Notes: generated by a model not told the origin, from the letters alone. Positions 20,983 through 31,480 are shown, numbered from the stretch's first letter. The stretch: 64,000 nt of DNA from an uncultured Bacteroidota bacterium (GCA_963746915.1 CAVVDD010000011.1:34834-98833); one strand, 5' to 3'. A program made the numbers and translations.

Positions 20983-23900
20983 ATGAGAAAAGTCTTACTG
21001 GTAGCACTGGTGCTAACATCATTTTCTACGCTAGCCTTTTCACAAGGTGATAGATTTTGGTCAACAAATAATGGGGATCGTAATAGTATTCCAACTGATA
21101 AAGCTGTTGCAAGACTTACTTATCCCAAAGAGTTCAAATTATTTAATTTAAATCTTGCGCCTTTAAGGCAGGAATTATTTTCTATTGTTGACAGGTCTTC
21201 AAAGTCATTCAACGGTTATTTCTTTACCAAATGCAGATGGGGATCTTGAACAATTTGAGGTATATGAAGCTTCAAATTTTGAACCTGATCTGCAGGCTCA
21301 GTTTCCTGAGATCAGGGCTTATTCCGGTAAAGGTATTACGGATAAGTATGCCACATTAAAATTGAGTATTTCTCCGCAAGGCATTCAAACAATGGTTTTC
21401 AGAACTGATAAAGAAAATGAATTCATTGAGCCCTATTCTAATGATCATACAGTTTATTCCGTTTACAGATCACATAGAGATAAAGGCAAATTGCCATGGA
21501 CCTGTACTACAGAAGAACAGCAATATGTCTTCTAGTATAAATTCTGCTATCAATGGAAGAACAGAAGCGGCAGGTACTTCAACCGGACAATTAAAAACCA
21601 TGCGCCTGGCTCAGTCTTGTAATGGAGAATATTCTAACTGGTTTGGAGCAACGAGTTCAGCACAGGTAGCTTTGGTTTTAGCTGCTTTTAATGCAACACT
21701 TACCCGTTGTAATGGTGTTTATGAAAAAGATCTTGCATTGCACCTCAATCTTATTGCAAACACAACAGCTGTTATTTATTATAATCCGGCAACAGATCCT
21801 TATACAACTAATTTATCAAGCTGGAATAATCAATTGCAATCAACATTAACTTCAGTTATCGGCGAAGCAAATTATGATATTGGTCATATGTTTGGCGCTT
21901 CAGGTGGTGGTGGAAATGCAGGTTGTATTGGTTGTGTTTGTGTGAATGGTTCAAAAGGAAGAGGTATCACTTCACCTGCAGATGGAATTCCACAGGGAGA
22001 TAATTTCGATATTGATTATGTAGTACATGAAGTAGGACATCAATTGGGAGCCAATCATACTTTTTCAATGTCACTTGAAGGTACCGGGCAAAATAAAGAA
22101 GTTGGTTCGGGCATTACCATTATGGGTTATGCAGGTATCACATCGCAGGATGTAGCGCCACATTCAATTGATATTTTTCATGAAACATCGATCGCACAGA
22201 TACAGGCTAATTTAGCAACTAAGACCTGTCCTGTATCTACTAACCATGACAGCTAATAATGCACCCGGTTGTTGCAGCGGTCAGCAATTATACTATTCCG
22301 ATCAGTACACCGTTTGCACTTACTGGTTCTGCAACTGATGCCAATGGCGATCCATTAACTTATTGCTGGGAGCAAAATGATAATTCAACAACATCAGGAG
22401 CAAGCAGTGTTGCATCTCCAACCAAAGCAACTGGTCCAAACTGGTTATCATTTAGTCCATACTGCATCTGCAACCAGAACTTTTCCAAAATTATCAACCA
22501 TCCTGGCAGGTTTAAATGTAACGCCGGTCCTTTACCTGGTGGTGATGCCGTCGCAAATATAGAAGCATTAAGTTCTGTTTCAAGAACGTTGAACTTCAGG
22601 TTAACAGTAAGGGATAATAATCCTTATGTTGCCGGTAGTACAATTGGTCAAACAGCTTTTACTGATGTAGTGGTTACGGTTACCAATACTTCAGGACCTT
22701 TTCCAGTTACAGCGCCAAACACAGCAGTAACATGGAATGCGGGTAGTTCAGCAACTGTTACCTGGAATGTAAATGACACAACTGCTGGCACCGGTAAATT
22801 GTGCCAGTGTAAATATTTTATTATCTACAGATGGTGGCAATACATTTCCAACCGTATTAGCTGCAGCTACTGCCAATGATGGATCACAAGTTATTACAGT
22901 TCCTTCTTCTCCAAGTACAACCTGCCGTGTAAAAGTGGAAGCAGTTGGAAATATTTTCTTTGATATTTCTAATACAAACTTTACGATCGGCGGCAGCACC
23001 TGCTTGTGGAGATCCAACAGGTTATCAACATCACAATTCCAACACAAACTTCTGCAACTGTAAGCTGGAGTGCTGTTAGTGGAGCAAATAATTATGATGT
23101 TGATTATAAAACAAATGCTTCATCTACATGGATCAATGCTGCAACAGCAACAACCTCTTTGTCAGTTGATCTTACAGGTTTAACAGCGGGTACATTATAC
23201 AACTGGAGGGTAAGAGCAAATTGTAGCGGTGGGTCTGGCAATTATGTTCAGGCAAACTTTACAACAGCTGCACCACCAACTTGTGGAGCACCAACTGGAT
23301 TAACCAATACAGCTCCAACACAAACTTCTACAACTGTAAGCTGGGGTGCTGTTAGTGGAGCAAATAATTATGATGTTGATTATAAAACAAATGCTTCAGG
23401 TACATGGATCAATGCTGCTACAGCAACCACCTCTTTGTCAGTTGATCTTACTGGTTTAACTGCGGGTACATTATACAACTGGAGAGTTAGAGCAAATTGC
23501 AGCTTTGGAAGTAGCAGTTATGTTCAGGCAAACTTTACAACTGCGACGCCACCGGTAACCTGTCCTGGCATTTATGATGTAAGTACTAATGGTAATACAT
23601 CTGGAGCTGCCACAATTCCATTGAATACTGATGTAAAAGGATTGATAAATCCTTCAGGTGATATTGATAATTATAAGTTTGTTATTACTACAGGTGGTAC
23701 TATAACTATTACGTTAACAACATTACCTGCAAACTACCAATTAAGGTTATTAAACAGCAGCGGAAGTATTTTACAAACATCTTCCAATAGCGGTACAAGC
23801 AGTGAAACAATTAATAGGACTGTAACTGCCGGTACTTATTATGCGAGGGTTTACCCTAGAAACAATAATGCCTGGAATGCAAGCAACTGTTATACGTTGA

Positions 23901-24211
23901 GGGTACAAACCGGCACCGCCAGCAGGATGATCAATCCTGAATTGGTACAGCTATCAGAAAATAAATTGTATGTTTTCCCTAACCCGGCTGGCTTCGTAGC
24001 AAATCTTACATTTAAGTCAAAGGTGAATGGCAATTCTTTGATCACAGTTATAAACCAATTAGGCAGTGTGGTTTTAAGAAAAACAATTGCAATAAATGAA
24101 GGCGATAATCTTAGAAAATTAGATGTGAGCTCATTGGCAAGCGGCATGTATTATATTAAAATGCAAAACGGCAGCGAAATACAAACTGCAAAAATAATTA
24201 TCACCAGGTAA
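20983..24211 (+). pseudogene. reprolysin-like (M12B) zinc metalloprotease with two Fn3 domains, PPC domain and T9SS CTD; at least 6 frameshifts
   Basis: Signal peptide MRKVLLVALVLTSFSTLAFSQ. HEVGHQLGANH (HExxHxxGxxH) at 22026..22058. Two FN3-like modules. Pre-peptidase-C-like GDIDNYKFV...GTYYARVYP. T9SS CTD LYVFPNPAGF...GMYYIKMQNGSEIQTAKIIITR. Spread over track ORFs 20983.., 21185.., 21417.., 22259.., 22773.. and 23006... Confidence 0.75.
22993..23542 (+). repeat. tandem duplication (2 x ~276 nt) encoding two near-identical Fn3 modules
   Basis: Unit 2 (23267..23542) repeats unit 1 (22993..23266) with few substitutions: ...acaaacttct[g/a]caactgtaagctgg[a/g]gtgctgttagtggagcaaataattatgatgttgattataaaacaaatgcttca... 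Unit 1 is 2 nt shorter and carries the frameshifts. Confidence 0.85.
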
Positions 24212-24232
24212 TAATTATTTTATGCGAAAAAG

Positions 24233-24261
24233 GAGGCTGCAATTTTGCAGCCTCTTTTTTT
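24233..24261. terminator. bidirectional rho-independent terminator between the convergent protease and yceI-like genes
   Basis: gaggctgca-attt-tgcagcctc, followed by T7 and preceded by an A-run. Confidence 0.7.
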
Positions 24262-24282
24262 ATGCAGTCGTTATTAAACTAT

Positions 24283-24834
24283 TTAAGCTGCATAGGCAAC
24301 TGCTTCTTTCACAAATTGAACGTTGGCATTTATTTTCACTTCATCACCCAACAGCAAACCTCCTGTTTCAGAAACGGCTCCAAAGCTCATTCCGAAATCC
24401 TGCCTGTTGATCTTGCCATTTACAGAGAAGCCTGTTCTTGTATTTCCCCAGGGATCTTTTGTTATGCCACCAAACTCTGTATTCAGGATAATCTTCTTAC
24501 TTACACCCCGCATAGTTAATGTGCCATAAAGTTTATATTCATCTTCATTTGTCTTTTCCATTCTTTCACTATCAAAAGTTATTACAGGGTATTTTTCTGC
24601 ATCAAAAAAATCTCCATTCTTCAGGTGTGCATCACGTTGTTCATTATTGGTGGAGATAGAATTAACTGTTGCTTCGAAATGCACTTTTGCTTTTGTGAAA
24701 TCATCATCATCGTCAGTCTCAACAGTTGCTTTAAACTGGTTGAATTGCCCGCTTACGGTAGATATCATCAGGTGCTTGATCTTGAATTGAAGTTCTGAAT
24801 GTGTTGGGTCCAGTGCCCATGTTTGATTTGCCAT
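24283..24834 (-). CDS. YceI family polyisoprenoid-binding protein
   Basis: WALDPTHSELQFKIKHLMISTVSGQFNQF...SISTNNEQRDAHLKNGDFFDAEKYP...LTMRGVSK. Start moved to MANQTW at 24834. Confidence 0.85.
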   Translation of the reverse strand: MANQTWALDPTHSELQFKIKHLMISTVSGQFNQFKATVETDDDDDFTKAKVHFEATVNSISTNNEQRDAHLKNGDFFDAEKYPVITFDSERMEKTNEDEYKLYGTLTMRGVSKKIILNTEFGGITKDPWGNTRTGFSVNGKINRQDFGMSFGAVSETGGLLLGDEVKINANVQFVKEAVAYAA

Positions 24835-24872
24835 GATTTTTTTTTGTTTGAGACACAAAGCTACTTACCTTT

Positions 24873-24915
24873 ACTATACTTTTTATAGTACTATACCAAA
24901 GTATAGCACTATACT
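24873..24915. promoter_or_regulatory. candidate HxlR operator: clustered ACTATAC/GTATAG palindromes in the divergent yceI-hxlR spacer
   Basis: actatac (24873..24879), perfect palindrome tatagtactata (24884..24895) and agtatag-ca-ctatact (24900..24915). Confidence 0.4.
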
Positions 24916-24944
24916 TCGGGAAAGCGACCTAAAAAGCAAAAATC

Positions 24945-25313
24945 ATGATATCAAAAGTTAAAGAAAACGAAAGGACGCATGAAACTTGTACAAAAGCGCT
25001 GATACCTGTGCGGGATGCATTGGATATTTTAAGCGGTAAATGGAAACTGCCTATTATTCTGGCTTTGCAATTTGGCAATAAGCGGTTTAGTGAGCTGGCT
25101 AAACAGGTGCATGGCATCACTGATAAAATGTTGTCAAAGGAATTAAGAGAGCTTGAGATGAATGAGCTTGTGAAACGAACAGTTTATGATTCAGTTCCTG
25201 TAGTAGTGGAATATTCGATGACCCCTTATGGTGAAACGCTTGAAAAATTAATTGAAGAATTACAGGCATGGGGAATACAACATAGGAAACGAATATTAAG
25301 AAAAGGGAAGTAA
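24945..25313 (+). CDS. HxlR family winged-helix transcriptional regulator
   Basis: CTKALIPVRDALDILSGKWKLPIILALQFGNKRFSELAKQVHGITDKMLSKELRELEMNELVKR, the HxlR signature. Confidence 0.85.
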   Translation: MISKVKENERTHETCTKALIPVRDALDILSGKWKLPIILALQFGNKRFSELAKQVHGITDKMLSKELRELEMNELVKRTVYDSVPVVVEYSMTPYGETLEKLIEELQAWGIQHRKRILRKGK

Positions 25314-25418
25314 TAAAAAATTACTTGTCTTTTTCTTTTAGAGGTATTCTTAAAAACTACTTCTTTTAAAGTTTTCTAAATGTAAACTGATTGTTGCAGC
25401 GAATAGTAATAATAGAAA

Positions 25419-26213
25419 CTATCCAAAAATTGAATTAAGAAGACCTGCAAGGCGAACTCCGCCTTTTAATAATTGATTGTTCAGCATTTCGATATGATCG
25501 AAATTATATCGAAAGCTAAGCTTTGGTTCTGGTTGAGTAACACTGGTATAAATTTTTCCGGCAAGTTGATACGATTCAAAAAACCACTCACTCATCGGTT
25601 GTTCCTGCCATTGCTTGCGTTGTGCTTTGGTAGGATGATTGATCCATGAAACATATTCTGTGTAACTGAGTTTTTGAAATTCAATTAATTTTTCATCCCA
25701 CAAACTATGCAGGTTTGTTGATTCACCAAACCATTGCAATCGTATGCGGTTGCCACCAAGGTCTTCGAACTGCCCAACATGCAGTGGTTGGTGTATATCG
25801 CCTGCTATGTGGATCAACAGGCGCAGGTACATTTGTTTTTTATCAAGAGGCAATTGTTTGTTTTTTAGTTCGGCGATCAGGAAGTTAAGCTTGGTGTATG
25901 CATTTGTCAATGTATCATTTCCTAATGCAGCATTGAATTCAGTTTGTGATAGACCCTGTTTCACATTTATATAGTGCCATGCATTTAAATAATTAAATGT
26001 AGAATCAGATTTAATAAAATCCGGCCAATTACTTGTGATGGCAATTGATTCATCACCCAATATTTCACGGATAGCTTTTCTTGCCTTGTTGCTGAGATAA
26101 CTGTCGGCGATCTCACCAACTATACGATGACCATTCTGTCCCCACCATGCAAAAGATGAAATGGAAACTGTAATAAAGGCTATAGATAGTAGCAAGATCT
26201 TAAAACGCTTCAT
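25419..26213 (-). CDS. S1/P1 family nuclease, secreted
   Basis: The mature N-terminus starts WGQNGHRIVG. Also WHYIN, HIAGDIHQPLHVG, GGN, LHSLWD, matching the zinc ligand pattern of S1/P1 nucleases. Confidence 0.85.
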   Translation of the reverse strand: MKRFKILLLSIAFITVSISSFAWWGQNGHRIVGEIADSYLSNKARKAIREILGDESIAITSNWPDFIKSDSTFNYLNAWHYINVKQGLSQTEFNAALGNDTLTNAYTKLNFLIAELKNKQLPLDKKQMYLRLLIHIAGDIHQPLHVGQFEDLGGNRIRLQWFGESTNLHSLWDEKLIEFQKLSYTEYVSWINHPTKAQRKQWQEQPMSEWFFESYQLAGKIYTSVTQPEPKLSFRYNFDHIEMLNNQLLKGGVRLAGLLNSIFG

Positions 26214-26302
26214 GTGATCTATTTTGCCGCGAAGGTAAAGGCTAACCCATTATCAGCAAAGAAAGAAGAAGAGCTGGTTGAAATTGGTAAGATCAATTGC
26301 AG

Positions 26303-27355
26303 TTAATAATTCAATTCCATAGTGAATGTTGCATATTCGTTTTCTTTTGAGTCTACTTTTAATTCAGCCTGGTGGGCTTTAATAATATCATAGCTTAATG
26401 ATAAGCCCAGGCCGGTTGCTTCACCGGTTGGCTTTGTAGTAAAAAATGGCTGGAATATCTTATCAATAATAGTTGGCGATATGCCCACACCATTGTCTTT
26501 TACGATTATCATTGCTTTGTTCCCTTTCTTTTCAGTGCTAACGAAAAGTTTAGCTTCGTAGCCATTTCCTTTTATTTTGATCTTTTGATTCATTGAATAA
26601 AAAGCATTGTTGAACAAATTGATAAAGATGTGCCCGATATCTTGTGGAATTATTTCTATTCTTCCTATCGCTCCATCAAAAGATGTCTGAAAATCGCAAA
26701 TAAAAGTTTTGTTTTTTGATCTGAAGCCGTGGTAACTCAATTTTAAATATTCATCCGCAAGTTCGTTCAGATCTGTAAGTTCCATGGACCCTGTATGCCT
26801 GCGGGAATGTTGCAGCATATTTCTTACGATCCCATCAGCTCGTTTTCCATGATGAAGTATTTTATGCTGATTGGCAGAAAAATCATCTAGCAGCGGATTA
26901 ATGTCATCAGTAAATTTTTCTGGTAGGGTTTCACCGGCAATACGCTGTTTGATCTCAAGAAGTAATTCGGTATTGATCTCGCTGAAGTTGAGAACAAAAT
27001 TCAAGGGATTTTGTATCTCATGTGCAATGCCAGCGGTGAGTTCGCCGAGAGAAGCCATTTTTTCTTTTTGGATCAATTGTAGTTGGCTGGCCTTTAATTC
27101 CTGTAGCGTTTTTTGTAATGCATCTTTTTGTTCTGATAATTCTGCCGTTCTTTCTTTCACACGTTGTTCCAGTAAAAGGTTTTGTTCTTTTAAAAGATTC
27201 TGCTGCTGCTCATGCATGGACTGCAGGTTTTTGTGGTATTGCAGTTTTTTACGTTGATTAGAAATAAATACAATAAGGAAGCTGGTAAAGAGTACCAGCA
27301 TTGCAGATATGCCAATAACAACCCTAGACTGTATACTTATATCTATGAGATCCAT
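26303..27355 (-). CDS. sensor histidine kinase (HisKA + HATPase_c)
   Basis: One TM, a coiled coil, H-box LTAGIAHEIQNPLNFV, and G-boxes DNGVGI...FTTKPTGEATGLGLSLSYDII. Confidence 0.8.
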   Translation of the reverse strand: MDLIDISIQSRVVIGISAMLVLFTSFLIVFISNQRKKLQYHKNLQSMHEQQQNLLKEQNLLLEQRVKERTAELSEQKDALQKTLQELKASQLQLIQKEKMASLGELTAGIAHEIQNPLNFVLNFSEINTELLLEIKQRIAGETLPEKFTDDINPLLDDFSANQHKILHHGKRADGIVRNMLQHSRRHTGSMELTDLNELADEYLKLSYHGFRSKNKTFICDFQTSFDGAIGRIEIIPQDIGHIFINLFNNAFYSMNQKIKIKGNGYEAKLFVSTEKKGNKAMIIVKDNGVGISPTIIDKIFQPFFTTKPTGEATGLGLSLSYDIIKAHQAELKVDSKENEYATFTMELNY

Positions 27356-28004
27356 AAAAAGCTTTGGTTATAAAAAGACAAAAGATAATAAAGGCAATAT
27401 TATGAACATTCCAGATGTTGACTGCAAGATCTTCATCTACATCAATCATTGGCAGGTAAAACAGGAAGACAAAAAAGTTGATCACTACATAAACACTAAG
27501 TCCGGTCACTACCCAAAAGTCAGGGCCGGAAAAAAGGTTTTTACTATCATCTTTTAATTCTGATAAATAGTAAAGCATACAATAGACTAATAAAATGTAA
27601 GCTTCTGTGGCAAGCAAACTGCCACTGAAAGAATTATAATTAAAGAAATTTTCAAAGAAACTAAAATTTATAACAATAAATATTACTGAAACTGCTGCAA
27701 GTGCTTTCTTGAATTTGATAAATGATGCCTGCGGAAGTTGCATGAAATATAAACCGAAACATACAAATCTTACAACGGAATGCATATTGTATAAGAAATT
27801 ATTACTCATAATGAATTTCCGATAGTAAATATTGATCAGCATAATTATGTCTATGCCAAGATTTAAAATAAAAGCAAGACACAGGTAAATGATGATGGGT
27901 TTTAAAGTGGCGGGTTGCTTGCGGTGAAATAGCAGAACTGTTAAAGGAATCAGCAATGCCCAAACCTCTGACCAATTAAATGCCGTAAGTAAAAAATCAA
28001 TCAT
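27324..28004 (-). CDS. polytopic membrane protein (about 6 TM), probably the sensor domain of the adjacent kinase
   Basis: 226-aa all-helical hydrophobic ORF. Its 3' end overlaps the kinase start by 32 nt in another frame. Confidence 0.5.
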   Translation of the reverse strand: MIDFLLTAFNWSEVWALLIPLTVLLFHRKQPATLKPIIIYLCLAFILNLGIDIIMLINIYYRKFIMSNNFLYNMHSVVRFVCFGLYFMQLPQASFIKFKKALAAVSVIFIVINFSFFENFFNYNSFSGSLLATEAYILLVYCMLYYLSELKDDSKNLFSGPDFWVVTGLSVYVVINFFVFLFYLPMIDVDEDLAVNIWNVHNIAFIIFCLFITKAFYGSHRYKYTV

Positions 28005-28168
28005 TTTAAGCAGTCCGTATTAAATTTTCATAATGTCTTTCGGCGTATTATTTGAAATTACTCCTTATTTTATTAATAAAATTCTGGAAATAAAAAAATT
28101 AGTAGTTATCTTTCTAAGAGTTACTGAAGATTTGAAACTACTTTTTCACCTAAAAACAACAACCAGCT

Positions 28169-28747
28169 ATGCACCGCTTTAATTCAAAAAGAATTTTATT
28201 GTTCTGTTCTTTAATTGTCCTGTTGATCGTTTCCTGTAAGAATGACGATAAGGAGAAAAAACCGGAAGATACTCCTGTTGCTGAGGAAAAAACTCCAGTA
28301 GCTGCAGGGCTTACCGGCGGGACGCTAACTATTCTCTATACAGATAGCGCAGCGTTTAATAAATTTAAAAGTAAAATAATTTTTTCTTTTGTATTCAGAT
28401 CGGAAGATGGTTTAACCTTGGCCGGATGGGATAATAAGGTCCCTTTTAGTGATGATCCGGAAATTGAACTGCAACGAAATTTACCAGTTACCGGAGTTAC
28501 TTATTCAATCGGAACGTATTTCGGCAATTTAGTTCTCTTGAAAGCAGATGTAGACAAAATAAAAGCGGATATTAAAAATAAATATAAATACATTTTATTT
28601 ACACCCGATAATAGGATCACTAATCATATAAAATATAAGATTACTTATAGTAATACATTACCAACAACATTACAAGAGGCCGGGGCTTCAGCGGCTCCTC
28701 CGGCTGATATATATTTAAATCCTTCTCCTCCACGGAACTATAATTAA
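28169..28747 (+). CDS. hypothetical lipoprotein
   Basis: Lipobox LIVLLIVSCKND. No family recognised. Confidence 0.5.
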   Translation: MHRFNSKRILLFCSLIVLLIVSCKNDDKEKKPEDTPVAEEKTPVAAGLTGGTLTILYTDSAAFNKFKSKIIFSFVFRSEDGLTLAGWDNKVPFSDDPEIELQRNLPVTGVTYSIGTYFGNLVLLKADVDKIKADIKNKYKYILFTPDNRITNHIKYKITYSNTLPTTLQEAGASAAPPADIYLNPSPPRNYN

Positions 28748-28765
28748 TTCAATGTTTTTTATTTG

Positions 28766-28797
28766 TCTGGCTGCCAAATGGCAGCCAGATTTTTTTT
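28766..28797 (+). terminator. rho-independent terminator
   Basis: tctggctgcc-aaat-ggcagccaga followed by T8. Confidence 0.8.
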
Positions 28798-28962
28798 AAA
28801 CTGCTCTGTTAAGCACAATAGAATTACCGGAAGCACAAGATGTGCCCTTCGCTTTGCTCTGGGTAAACTGTGCAACTCGAAGCTAAATAGTAATACCTCT
28901 GTTGGGTAAATAAAAATATCCATAACCATCAGAATTTTATTTAAATTCATTTCTCATTAGTC

Positions 28963-29442
28963 ATGGATCGACGTAAAGCCATAAAAAATCTTGCCATTGT
29001 TTCCGGTGGATTGATCACACTTCCGCAATGGATGGTGAGTTGTGGTGTAAGCGATACAACTATTCATCAATCTTCTTTTTCAATAGCCGAACAAAAACTT
29101 TTGGCGAGTATCACTGATACGATCATTCCTGCAGGTAATAGTATTGGCGCCTTATCAGTTGGCGTTGATAAGTTTCTGCAAAAACTGATAGATGATTGTT
29201 ATGAAAAAGATGTGCAGGATAATGTAAAGGCACAATTAAAAAATTTGGAAGGATCAGCAAAAGCAACAAATAAGAGATCGTTTTCTGAAAGTACACAAGC
29301 CCAGCGGGAAGAATTATTATTAAAACTATCCACTTCAACTGTCAAACAAGAAAAAGATTTCTTCGACCTTATCAAATCAGAAACGATAAGAGGGTTTAAC
29401 ACTTCCAAGGAAGTTATGCTTGACTATTTGGATACAAAGTAG
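28963..29442 (+). CDS. gluconate 2-dehydrogenase subunit 3-like protein (Tat signal), partner of the GMC oxidoreductase
   Basis: MDRRKAIKNLAIVSGGLITLP is twin-arginine-like. The small subunit directly precedes a GMC gene, as in many Bacteroidota. Confidence 0.7.
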   Translation: MDRRKAIKNLAIVSGGLITLPQWMVSCGVSDTTIHQSSFSIAEQKLLASITDTIIPAGNSIGALSVGVDKFLQKLIDDCYEKDVQDNVKAQLKNLEGSAKATNKRSFSESTQAQREELLLKLSTSTVKQEKDFFDLIKSETIRGFNTSKEVMLDYLDTK

Positions 29443-29486
29443 TCCCTGGTCATTATTATGGTTGTGTAGATGTAAACGCTTGATCT

Positions 29487-31197
29487 ATGGCAAACTTCTT
29501 AATTGATTCAGCTAAAAAAAGAACTTACGATGCTATTGTCATCGGTTCAGGCGCCAGCGGAGGATGGGCAGCAAAGGAACTTTGCGACAAGGGATTAAAG
29601 ACGCTTGTTCTGGAAAGAGGCCGTGATGTAAAGCACATCAAAGATTATCCGACTGCTGTCAAAGCTCCGTGGCAGTTTGAGTATAGGGGTACCGTGCCAC
29701 TTGAAAAACGCAAAGACTTTCAATTTGCCAGGTTCATGCGTGAAGAAACAATGCATTGGGCCATTAAAGATGATGAACAACCTTTCATTGAGGAAAAACC
29801 ATTTCGTTGGGTTCGTGGATATCATATGGGTGGTAAGTCACTAATGTGGGCACGACAGACACAACGTTGGAGTGATTTCGATTATGAAGGCCCGATCAGG
29901 GATGGATTTGCTGTTGACTGGCCCATCCGTTACAAGGATATCGAACCTTGGTATGCGTATGTTGAAAAGTTTGCAGGTATTGCCGGAAACAAGGATGGAC
30001 TTGCCAGAATTGCCCGATAGTGAAGTTATGCCAGCCTTTGAAATGAGCTGTATTGAAAACTATTTTAAGGAAACCATTCAAAAGAACTATAACGACCGTC
30101 ATTTAATTCACGCCACGATGTGCTCATATCACCGACCCTCAGCAAATTCACAATGAACAGGGGAGACATAAATGTCAGAATCAGGCAGCGTGTAACAGGG
30201 GTTGTCAGTTTGGGGCATATTTCAGCAGCAATGCATCGACATTGCCGTGGGCATTGAAGACGGGCAATCTTACCATTCGGCCTCATGCTGTGGTTCACTC
30301 TATTATATATGACGAGAAAAAGGGTCGTGCGACCGGCGTAAGGATCATTGATGGAACGACCATGGAGATGATGGAGTTTTATGCAAAGATCATCTTCGTA
30401 AATGCTTCCGCCCTTAACTGCAAATGCCATTTTGTTGAATTCGAAGTCAGACAAGGTTCCCTAACGGCCTGGGAAATGACAATGGATTGCTTGGCAAGTA
30501 CATTTCGTGGCATAATTATAGAGGAAGAGCTAATGCGGAGTACGAAGGCTTCAAGGATAAGATGACGGATGGACGAAATCCAAGCCACAGTTATATTCCA
30601 AGATTCAGAAATGTCCGTCAAACAGGAAATGGATTTTCTCAGAGGATATGCATCGGGGATTGGCGGAGGACGAGGCCGTTCCGGAGATACAAGTATGATT
30701 GGTGATCAACTCAGGGAAAATCTGCTTCATCCTGAATTGCGGCAATTGGTCCATCAGCAGCTGGATGATGGGAGAATGTGTTCCGTTGGAAAAAAATCAC
30801 GTTCGTCTTCACCCAGAGTCTGAAAGACAAATACGGCATTCCCCAACTCGTAATTTCCTGCGAATGGAGCGAGAATGATGATAAGATGGTTGCTGATTAC
30901 ATGGAGCAGTTGAAAGAGATGTTCGAGAAGGCTGGTTTTATCAATATCCGCGCGAATGATTCGAAGTCACCTCCGGGTTCTGATATCCATGAGATGGGTG
31001 GTGTTAGAATGGGCAGTGATCCGAAGACATCACTGCTTAATGCATGGAATCAACTGCATCATTGCAAGAATGTTTTTGTTACGGACGGCGCCTGCATGAC
31101 ATCCACAGGAACACAAAATCCGACATTGACGTACATGGCGATCACAGCAAGGGCGGCTAACCATGCAATAGAAGAGTTGAAGAAAGGAAATATTTAA
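29487..31197 (+). pseudogene. GMC family FAD oxidoreductase, at least 5 frameshifts
   Basis: YDAIVIGSGASGGWAAKELCDKGLKTLVLERG (FAD fold). C-terminus HEMGGVRMG...NVFVTDGACMTSTGTQNPTLTYMAITARAA. Spread over track ORFs 29487.., 29872.., 30242.., 30487.., 30569.. and 30778... Confidence 0.75.
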
Positions 31198-31314
31198 CCC
31201 CTGTCTCCGCCTAGGTGGAGTGACTTAGATAGTGAAGTTCTTTTAGGAGTGATTTTTAAGATTATTGAAAGTATAATTGTGGTTGCCAACTTTAGTGATT
31301 CTTGTTCAGCTTCT

Positions 31315-31361
31315 GTTGCGTTTACCAGGGCGCACTCTTGTACTTTTGTATGCTATTCATC
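31315..31361 (+). repeat. short intergenic repeat, family C (core cgcactcttgtacttt)
   Basis: gttgcgtttaccagggcgcactcttgtacttttgtatgctattcatc. Related copies at 58333..58374 and 63161..63200. Confidence 0.6.
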
Positions 31362-31376
31362 TTTTGATAAATAAAA

Positions 31377-31465
31377 GGGCTAAAGCCCCAGTACACTTTG
31401 ATTTGATTTAACCCCAGCCTTAAGGCTGGGGTTGTAAAAAAGATGATCGTAAGAGGCTTTAGCCC
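31377..31465 (+). repeat. nested-hairpin element upstream of the isomerase gene
   Basis: Outer arms gggctaaagcc (31377..31387) and ggctttagccc (31455..31465) are exact reverse complements. They enclose the hairpin aaccccagcc-ttaa-ggctggggtt (31410..31433). Confidence 0.6.
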
Positions 31466-31480
31466 ACAAAAAAATAATCA

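Noticed and set aside
24222-24529. Three short plus-strand ORFs (62-85 aa)
   Set aside because: Antisense to the well-supported YceI-family gene.
25419-28004. S1/P1 nuclease plus kinase as a possible defence module
   Set aside because: The nuclease is a standard secreted zinc nuclease with a signal peptide. The kinase has no receiver or effector partner here. The genes show no co-orientation logic and no other defence hallmarks (no ATPase, helicase, methylase or TIR/SIR2-type domains).
28759-28950. 63-aa minus-strand ORF between the lipoprotein gene and the gluconate-DH subunit gene
   Set aside because: It overlaps the strong plus-strand terminator hairpin and the promoter region. No motif.
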